Below, in pieces: positions 55,066 to 64,000 of a stretch of DNA of 64,000 bases. Source of the stretch: Bispira polyomma (lineage: Eukaryota). Both the position numbers and the translations under genes were made by a program. A model generated the notes under the pieces. The model searched no databases and was not told the DNA's origin. It was given only the letters and a program-made list of their open reading frames with translations. Numbering within the stretch: the first letter of the stretch is position 1; each line of letters begins with the position of its first letter. The stretch is taken from positions 22,320,001 through 22,384,000 of the forward strand of contig OZ287756.1 of assembly GCA_965649765.1 (NCBI GenBank), read 5' to 3'.

Positions 55066-55297
55066 GTGTGGTTCCAGAATTCCCGTGCCCGCCAAAAGAA
55101 GAACCAACAGCTGGGTCACCATCACCAAAAACACAACAACCTCCTGAATAACATGTCCTCCCTAGTCACCAACCTTAACAACAACACCAGCCCTCAATCA
55201 TGTACTCCCCTCACCATGGCAACCTACACAAACTCCACAAGCCCCTCCCCTTCCTGTGACAGTTCGGATCAGTGCTACCCTCGGCACGTGGATGAAT
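55066..55297 (+). CDS. Awh: Awh exon: homeodomain helix 3 and N/S/T/P-rich tail (reads to stop at 55305 if unspliced)
   Basis: VWFQNSRARQKK after a CAG acceptor; donor T|GTAAGT at 55298. Confidence 0.93.
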
Positions 55298-57485
55298 GTA
55301 AGTAATGACATATGCAAACTAGTAACTAATCAATAATATATAATAGTAATCTTTTTCTTCTTCTTCTACAGAAGAATAGAATAACAATGGCTCCTATACT
55401 GAATAAGTGGAAATTTGATCTGGATTTCATAATTAGTTGCAATACAGCTCACTGAAATTGGTTTTCAGTTAAAATAGCAAAACAAGCTGGGAATGTATTT
55501 TGTCTCTCCCAGCTTCATTAGTTAAAATAGGTCAAATTATTTATGGGTGAAAATGAAAGAAGAAGTGAAATAGAATGATATAACAACAGTAAGGCTAAGA
55601 CATTTTCCAGATGCAAATTTTTAAAAATACTAAGGGGCTAGGTAAAAGTCTGATAGAGTTTATTTTGTTGTTTTTGTGAGTGGATATAAATACCTTGCTT
55701 ATAGTAGCTTATAACCAAGAAATACCAGGGACAAAGGACTGAAATACCCTAAAAAAGACACCTGTATATGTTCATGTCACAGTTCATTAGTGGATGGGTT
55801 CAGAGATATTTTGACAGAAAGTAGATTGGGGAGAACAGACGGCTGGACAGTCATAATTGTCTTCTCCTCTCTGTCATCTACTACCACAACAACCCCAAAA
55901 TGTTTGTCAACATAATAACTAATACTACAATTCCCACACAGAGGTTCATCAAAAATAATTAGGGGGATTTTTTATGAGGACGTTTTAATAGCATCCCCAG
56001 TCAAACCAGAATAGTTGATCTCTCTCCACAACACACGACAACAAAACTGATGTCTCAATTGCAAGCTAGAGTGTCTTTTTGGGATCAGGCCATATTGGCG
56101 GATAATTGCTGTGCTAATTATTATATTGGGGTGGAAAATGACTACCCCTTTATTTGACCACAGCAGAGGGCAGAAATAACACACACTTTAGAAAGTGTCT
56201 ATTTTTATAGTATGGGGGTGTGTGTCTATGAGGGGTAGGGGAGTTGTAGCTGATATTCTTCAGAGACAGCAGGCTTTAACCACTCAGTCACACCCCACCT
56301 CCCTTTTTCTAAAACAAAGCTTGAACTTCCCATTTCTTTTTTTGTGTACTTATAGTTCATCTGTTTTTTCACTGTGGGATTATTTGTTCCCTGTTGTGCT
56401 CTTGAAATATCAACAGCTTTTGGCAAAAGGGTCATTTTGGTTTTCTGTTAAATCATTCTTGACTTGATATCATGCTTATATTCTTTATTAAGGCATGGCT
56501 TTTTGATATAAAGTTCACATAAATATGACATAAATAAATACAAAAAGCAGATTAAGCAGAAAAAAAAAACTAGTTTGGTTTTTAAAAAAATAAGGATTAT
56601 TGTATAGGAGAAAGGGAGTTCAAACTACTAGTGACTAGGCACACGTTAAGATCATAATTACACGGAGATAGGGAGAGAGGGGGTTTTTAGTTCCTGCACA
56701 CCCCCATACTTTTTACTGCCCCCTCTTGGCGAATGGGTTGTTTACGTGCAGTGGGGCCGTGTACAGGGGAAGGCAGGTTAGTTATTAGGACGGTGGTTAA
56801 GGGTGAGCAAATGGCCAACACAAGAGGGAGAGGAAATGATAGGCTTGTCCTTAGTGTTGTCATAAAGGAGCAAGTGGCTTTTGACATGATGGGGTGTGGG
56901 GTTTTGGGGGTGGGGGGGTTAAAGCCCTGGAATATGGGTGTTAGATCTTAGAAAGGAAGGGGGAGGGGAGGAGTGGGGTTAGCTACTGCTGTATAAGTTG
57001 TTTTAAGGCTTTAGCTAGACAAGGAAATAGTCACTAATATTATACAAAGTTTACTGGAATTCATTTTCACCACTACTGACAACATTTTTAGTAAAAAATC
57101 AATACAAGTTGAAAATGTTCACTGAGAATTTATGTTCATTATCTCAATTCAATAGCTACGAAAATAGCTAAACTCCATCCCTTGTGACAATTTCCACTTC
57201 TACAGTAACTAAAGAAATACCCTTTTCTATTTGAAATAAAATGTACATGTTTCTGTGAGAATTTAAGACTAGTCTAATATGTACACATTGGACTGTCAAA
57301 ATCAACCTCAGAATTGTAAACACAATATATGGTAAAAATAAGAAGATTTAAACTGAAGAATTTAATTGATCAGTTGTAAAAGAAATGTTTATTTATATTT
57401 TTGGGTATTTTGGTTTCTTTTGACACATAAATTGTAACTTTGTAATTTCTTATAATAATTCCTTATCTTTCTTATCTATTTTCAG

Positions 57486-57547
57486 GGCACTCTTGGCAGA
57501 GTTTAGACAGTAGTCCAGGCTGTAACGATGGATTAGTGTACAGTTAA
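57486..57547 (+). CDS. Awh: Awh candidate terminal coding exon (WHSWQSLDSSPGCNDGLVYS*)
   Basis: Long pyrimidine tract and TTTCAG acceptor; phase 1 matches the 55298 donor; GC-richer open frame ending TAA. Confidence 0.6.
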
Positions 57548-59247
57548 AGACGAGGTGTGGAGAGAATGCTGAAAAGAAAAGCTGCCTGAAGAAATACCCT
57601 AAAATTGTGCTAAAAAATGTGAACCTAAAACCTACATTCAAAATGGACACGTGTAAACATGTGATACTTTAAATGAGTACATAATTGTTTCCTCTTGAAT
57701 GTGGACATAATGGATTTGCAAACTGCGCCAAAAGCTGGACTTATTTATAAGCAGGGGACATTACTATATAGCCTGAAAAGTATACATAGCAAAATATAAT
57801 CTGTTTTTGCAAACTTATTATATATAATTTATTTGAAAAACACGAAATACTGCAGAAACTGCTATATATAGATTATTGCTATGATGTTAATATATTACCT
57901 GCTCTAAAATTATTCTCACTGATATTGAGAATACAAGTTGTGTGACTACAATTAAGTACAATAATGATACTCTGTGCGTATTCTAGAAGAGTATTTGACT
58001 ACAGTACCTATGATGATATGATGATACTACTGATCTCTATAAAGTTATGCTGAATGCACTGTGTATTTGTGTCTGTTATTATATATATATATGTGCACAG
58101 CATTATTGTATTATTTAATATGTTAAAATATATGTTATATAAAAGGACACACCACTTGTATTTTCTTTAATGACCCTCACACAATAACGAATTATACAGA
58201 TGATTTGTTTTCTACAAGACAGATTTGAGACACCCCAATTTGGTCCATGTGTCTTAGTTGTACACATTGAAGTGTAAACAACTTAATTGGGTTCAGTACT
58301 TTGAATACTGGCAAATGCATTGGTTATTAAGCTCATATTAGCAGGCGGGACTGTTGCCATTCCCTATCTGATAATAGTAAAATAATTCTTATTCATAAGA
58401 ATTATTATTACTTCAGAATCTTATCTCTCCAAACTCCCCCCCCCCCCCCCCCCCCCAGACACCCTTAGTTCTTTTTTTTTTTTTTTTTTTCTTCTCGATG
58501 GGTTAATTGATCCTGTTGAAGCACATTTAAAGATGCCACACATCAATAATGTACGTTAAAAGTGCAAAAGACACAAAATTATTTATATGCTTATTTCCAA
58601 ATTGGCACACAATTGTTCACAAAGAGATTTCAACCTACACGCAAGTCAAATAACAGTAAAATTAACATCCTCATCGTCAGTATTATTGTATTAAATAATT
58701 TTCTTTCCCTTTTTTTTCTACTTTTGGAACTACTTCAGGTTACCTTATCCTTTGCCGTACTCTACTAGATCTATAATATTGTGTAATAAGATCTACATCT
58801 CCACGGTTATTTGTTGGTATTTATGTTTTTCTACCCTTTTTTACATTAAATTCTGTACAATTCTGTACATTTATTTATTACTATTTATGATTTTTCTACT
58901 CCTTTTACATTGACTTTTTATCTCATTTTGCTGTTCTATATTGTAAATTTACCAATATAACCAATATTTACCAATATAATTATTGTCTCATCTTCTGTCT
59001 CATCTTCTGTTTTCTGTTGTTCTATATTGTAAATTTGCCAATATAATTATTGTCTCATCTTCTGTTGCTACATGTTGGTGTGGTTGTACTTAGCTTAAGG
59101 TCAGGCTATAGTGTGGGGTGCTAGGGTGCCCGTGAGTCGCCCACGGGATGAAGAATTATGCGGTGAGTTGTAGGGACAAGCTTTCTGAGGCTCCCCACTG
59201 TTGAGTTCAGGTTAAGGGCGTCTTCTTTTTCTACAACCTCACTAGGC

Positions 59248-62200
59248 ATGTTTCTGCTTCGGGTTGTCCTTTTTTCAGCACTGTTTGCTGTGGCTATGGC
59301 TCATAGGTATGAGTTGTTGCATCAGAGTGTTGCTCATACATCAGCAACCTCATTGGCTAAAGTAGCAAAAAAATTTTCATACACTTGTTCTTGTCGTAAA
59401 TTTCCTATCACCATTAATGGAAGAGGTCTTGTCTTGTTACTTTTACTCGCCGGCGATGTGTCCCTTAACCCTGGTCCTGTCATGCTCGGGGTGTTAAATG
59501 CTAGATCCGTGAGGAACAAGGGTCCACTCCTTACAAATATTGTGACATCGCACGACCTCGACTTCCTTTGTGTTACTGAGACCCATGTCCGTCTATCTGA
59601 TATGGATAGCTTCTTACGGTCTGTTACTCCTCCAGATTTTGTGTTTCCTCAAACGCCTCGTCCCTCACGTATTGGTGGCGGTGTTGGTTTCTTCATCAGA
59701 TCCTCCTACAAACCAAATAAAATAGATTCTCCTGTCTATCAATCCTTTGAAAATATGGTGGTGTCAATTGGGCTTCATGGCCACTCACTGTTGCTTGCCT
59801 GCGTCTATCGCCCCCCAGGATCATGCACCTGTAACTTTTTAGAAGAATTTATGTCTTTTGTTGGTTTCTTGTCTTCCATTAACAGTTCATATCATATCTG
59901 TGGTGACTTTAACATCCATGTTGATGCACCAGTTGGTGACGGTCATAAATTTATGACCTTTCTTGATTCATGCGATTTAAAACAGTTAGACAACCTACCC
60001 ATCTGCATGGTCACATTCTGGACCTTATTTTATCTCCTTGTGATCAGGATGCTATTGTGGATGTCAAAGTCTGTGATTTCATATCGGATCATGCATTAGT
60101 CAAATGCTCAATTGCCTCTCCCCCACAGGTGGCTCATATTCCCAATACAGTGCATTATAGGAGGTACCACCGTATTAACATGTCTGACCTCCGTACTGAT
60201 CTTGAGAGTACTTCCTTTATTAAGTCACCTGCCAATTCTGTAGCCAAACTTTATGAACAATACATACATGACTTGGGTGATGTACTAGATAAGCATGCAC
60301 CACTTGTATCCAGAATGTCAAAGAAAGATTCTGTGCATTGGCTCTCTGATTCTTACCGACGGGCAAAATCTCTCAGGTGCCAATATGAAAGAACTTGGCG
60401 AAGGGCCAAGAATCCATTAAATAGAAGTCGACTACGTCGCCAGATTGCTCGGTGCAATGTACTTGTTAACGAGGATAAGTCGGTGTATTACAGCAAACTT
60501 ATCTGTGACAACAGTCACAAATCCAGGAAGCTGTGGCACGAACTGCGCAAGACCCTTAATATGGATACCAATGTGGCACTCCCGTCCCATGATTCTGATA
60601 AATCACTAGCTGATAAGTTTGCTTCCTTTTTTTCGGACAAAATTAAGAGAATTAGAGATACTTTTGTTGTCTCTGGAACTAAAATTGATGTTCATCCTCT
60701 TTCTGATCCCCCGGAAATTACTGCCTTTACCAGAGTCTCTGAAGATGATGTTAGTAAGATAATAAGTAACTCGCCTACAAAATCCTGCATGTTGGATCCA
60801 TGGCCAACATCTCTTATTAAAGAATGTATTGATATATTACTACCATCCATTACAAAACTTGTAAACTGCTCACTTACGGAGGGACATGTACCTGCTGGTT
60901 TTAAAACAGCTGTGGTTACTCCTCTTATTAAGAAGGCTTCTCTTCCGGTTGATGACCTGAAGAATTATCGCCCTGTATCTAGTCTTAGTTTCATATCAAA
61001 ACTGGTTGAATGCGTGGTTGCTAGGCAACTGTTAGATCACATCTTTGTCCACAACTTAGACAACCCATACCAGCCTGCGTATAAAACTGGTCATTCGACT
61101 GAGACAGCTCTTCTGTCTATAAAAAATGAAGTTCACCTATCTTTGTCAAGAGGGGAACCTACTGCCCTGGTATTGCTCGATCTCTCTGCTGCCTTTGACA
61201 CCATTGATCATTCCACGCTTCTCAGTTGTCTTCAGACTTGGTTTGGAGTTACGGGCTCTGTTCTTAAATGGTTCACTTCCTACTTAACTGATCGTTATCA
61301 GTCGATAAAAATTGGCTCTACTCTGTCCGATCTTTGTAAACTCTTGTTTGGTGTCTCTCAAGGTTCTGTTTTGGGCCCTCTGTTGTTCTCATTATATACT
61401 GCTCCTCTCAGATTGGTTATTGGCAAATACACAGGAATAAAGTTTCATTTTTATGCAGATGACACCCAAATTTATGTGCACCTATCCAATAAAAATACAT
61501 CTACTGCCTTTGAACAGTTGAACAGGTGCCTTGACGATGTGAAAGAGTGGATGTCAACTGGTAAACTCAAACTTAATCCCGACAAGACTGAGTTCATAAT
61601 CTTTGGCTCAAAACAACAGAGGGATAAGTTGAAAGCATTGTTTCCAGTTGACATCCTGGGTAGCCCTTTCAGTCCAGCTGATTCTGTCAAGAACCTGGGT
61701 GTATGGTTTGACTCTGACTTTTCTTTATCTAAACACGTTCAGAGTGTCTGCAAAAGCTGTTTTATGCAACTTCGTGACTTTAGACGTGTCAGACGGTTTC
61801 TCACTTATGATGCTTCTATACTTGTGGCCAATGCCTTTGTTAGTAGTAGACTGGATTACTGCAATTCACTTTTCAGGAGTCTCTCAAAGTTTAATTTACG
61901 CAAATTACAATGCATTCAAAATAGTGCAGCTAGAATCAAACACCAGTCGATACACTAGTATAACTCCTGTTCTTAAGAAATTGCATTGGCTCCCTGTTGA
62001 ACAGCGTTCAGCGTTTAAGACAGCTACAGTTGTTTATAAGTTTCTCCACACTGGGTTTCCAAAGTATTTTGCCCCATATCTTTCCACTTACAGTAGTTCC
62101 TACAATACCAGACGTAGTCAGAGTGGTAGTAATTTCCTTGTTGTTCCGAAGTTCCACCCATCTATTCAAAAGTTGGTTAAACAGTTTGGTCACAGCTTTG

Positions 62201-62319
62201 CTTTTGATGCTCCCATTGTTTGGAATGGTCTTCCTGATGTGATTCGTGCTTCCCCCTCACTAGCCTGTTTTAGAAAGAAGCTTAAAACCCACTTGTACAC
62301 TAAAGCATATCCACCTTAG
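59248..62319 (+). pseudogene. LINE endonuclease/reverse transcriptase ORF (~1020 aa when repaired)
   Basis: Three overlapping ORFs (59248, 59970, 61648) join at frameshifts near 59989 and 61937; no in-frame stop in the repaired path. Confidence 0.9.
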
Positions 62320-62418
62320 TCTCAATCATCCCCCGGTGCGCTCTATGTTGCTGACCCTTTTTCTGTCCCTTGATTTTGGAAATTGGATAACTGTCTTTTG
62401 TGCTGGTGCGCCTTAGAG

Positions 62419-62474
62419 TCCCCTTTGTTAAGGGGAGATTAAGCGCAATAAAAGTCTAATTACAATTACAATTA
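62419..62474 (+). other. LINE 3' stem-loop, AATAAA and short-repeat tail
   Basis: TCCCCTT-TGTT-AAGGGGA hairpin 62419-62436; AATAAA 62447-62452; AATTACAATTACAATTA. Confidence 0.75.
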
Positions 62475-62779
62475 TCACAATCAGAATCACCTTTTTGGAG
62501 CCAAAAAATTGACCCATTCTGAAACCCAAACCATAGTATACAGTATATTATTTTTAACTATACTGGCAACAGTCATGTAACACAAGATTTCCTATTCATG
62601 TATTACTCCTTTGGATATCTTATACATAAACTATTAGAAACCTGAATAGCACTGGATCTTTTAATGGCAGACTGTATTTTTCTGCAAATGTTTCAGACAG
62701 TTGTAAATCAGTCTGCCATAGTCTACTGTATATATATTAGTTGTACTTGTGTCATGTTGGATGTCCCACAACTCCTGCA

Positions 62780-63040
62780 GTTCTGCAATTTTCTCTAACC
62801 AATTCAGGCTCAACTTAAACTCAAGCTAAAATCTAAGATCTTTACAACTCTATCTCTGGCTGGAAATTAAATACATTTTAGATGCATTTTTTTCATTCAC
62901 CACTAATTGTTCTATTCAAATCAATAGTCACAATGCAGGTTTGAATTCATATATACAAATACATTTGACTTAACTTGATTCTAGGGCTTGAGATTTGGGC
63001 TGGAGTGTGAGTTGAGTTGGAGATCTTTCGAGAATATGAC
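62780..63040. mobile_element. Decayed MITE
   Basis: CTCAACTTAAACTCAAGCTAAAATCT (~62809) vs AGATTTGGGCTGGAGTGTGAGTTGAG (~62992), about 21/26 inverted match. Confidence 0.55.
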
Positions 63041-64000
63041 AGAAGGTTGTGTGTAGTCGTATCAGCTATAGCAAACTTATCCTTGCCTGTGGTGTATGAT
63101 CATTTGAACTAAACAGACCACAAGCATAGTTCCCAATACTCTTTGTAGAACCATTCCCAAGTGCAATATGTTTCTTTAGAACGACTCCACACTTAAAAAG
63201 TTTAAACTGGCTTCTAATAGGACAAAAATAATGATCACAAATAATGGATCTGCATTAATTCTATCACTCACAGAAACAGTAATAATCTGGTCGACCAGCT
63301 TGAATAACATTTTATATTCATTAATATAGATCTACTTGAAAATAGTATAAGTAACCAAGAAACTATATTTCCCCACAAGTCCTGTAATGGTGGAATCCTA
63401 CGACCAGTGGTTTCTTGTACAAATAATAGTTTCTTCCGTCAATAAATCTGGGCCCTGTAAATCGAAAGCTTCGTTAAAATGCCAACTAACGAAGGTATAA
63501 TGGCCAAGGAATGAGACTATATCTGAACAACTCTGTGGGTGAACGAAAAGCATTGGTTAGGCTTTCGTTAGTTCAGTTCAAACGATGGTCTAACCAATGT
63601 GGTTGTATTGCACCATGGGATGTGGTTATGATATAAATGCAGAACTTATGCCCCTTTTAACAAGAACCAAGCTTTTAGATAATTTATACAGAGTTACTGA
63701 ACCCAAAAGTGTAATAAGAAATAAATTTATGTCAGTTATTTTTTCAACATACCTAAAACACATACACGTATACTTTCCCTTAATAAAATTATATGAGTGC
63801 ATTGGCAAATATAGAGGTGAACTGTAATCATAATTATTGATTTTGTTTGCAGGCTGTATATGACAAAACAAGTCAAATGTAGTGCAAAACTGGGCTTCAA
63901 ATTATTTTCTGTTTTTTTACCATCCTTTTCATTGATTATTTGTGAATATATGGCTTAACTGATGCATAACGACATGGTCTAAGTTGTCGTCTGAGTTGTC

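Larger units (their letters stand above)
59075..62474 (+). mobile_element. L2-clade (CR1/L2 group) non-LTR retrotransposon, APE-RT frame broken by two frameshifts
   Basis: APE motifs VTET, GGGV, YRPP, GDFN, SDH; RT motifs LDLSAAFDTIDH, QGSVLGPLLF, YADD; L2-type C-terminus ITPVLKKLHWLPV..WNGLP..FRKKLKTHL; (AATTAC)n tail; 5' boundary approximate. Confidence 0.93.

Noticed and set aside
58925-59070. Local duplications next to the LINE 5' end as a possible TSD
   Set aside because: No matching copy after the 3' tail; these look like simple slippage duplications
59976-59982. In-phase slippery heptamer T TTA AAA at the first LINE frameshift (programmed -1 shift)
   Set aside because: The break lies inside the APE domain, and the usual QxVxxPTH spacing is restored by assuming a 4-nt deletion at ~59989, so a mutation is the simpler explanation

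Overview
AT-rich animal (eukaryotic) genomic DNA; the SINE and MITE style suggests an invertebrate such as a mollusc (inference). Main content: (1) a spliced LIM-homeobox gene of the Arrowhead/Lhx6-8 class on the + strand (~39.8-57.6 kb), reconstructed with consistent intron phases, three candidate alternative first coding exons and up to three alternative C-termini; (2) an uninterrupted 650-aa ORF on the - strand (14.6-16.6 kb) with an N-terminal coiled coil and a disordered P/Q-rich region; (3) a near-intact L2-like LINE (59.1-62.5 kb) whose APE-RT frame begins with a signal-peptide-like leader followed by a 2A/StopGo-like motif (GDVSLNPGP), the most unusual item here; (4) many non-coding repeats: tRNA-derived SINEs, several MITE/foldback families (some nested), a satellite organised at 31, 93 and 736 bp, a 13-bp minisatellite expanded inside a SINE, and a decayed DIRS-like gag fragment. 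Most short ORFs in the track are spurious. No rRNA, genuine tRNA or CRISPR array was seen.
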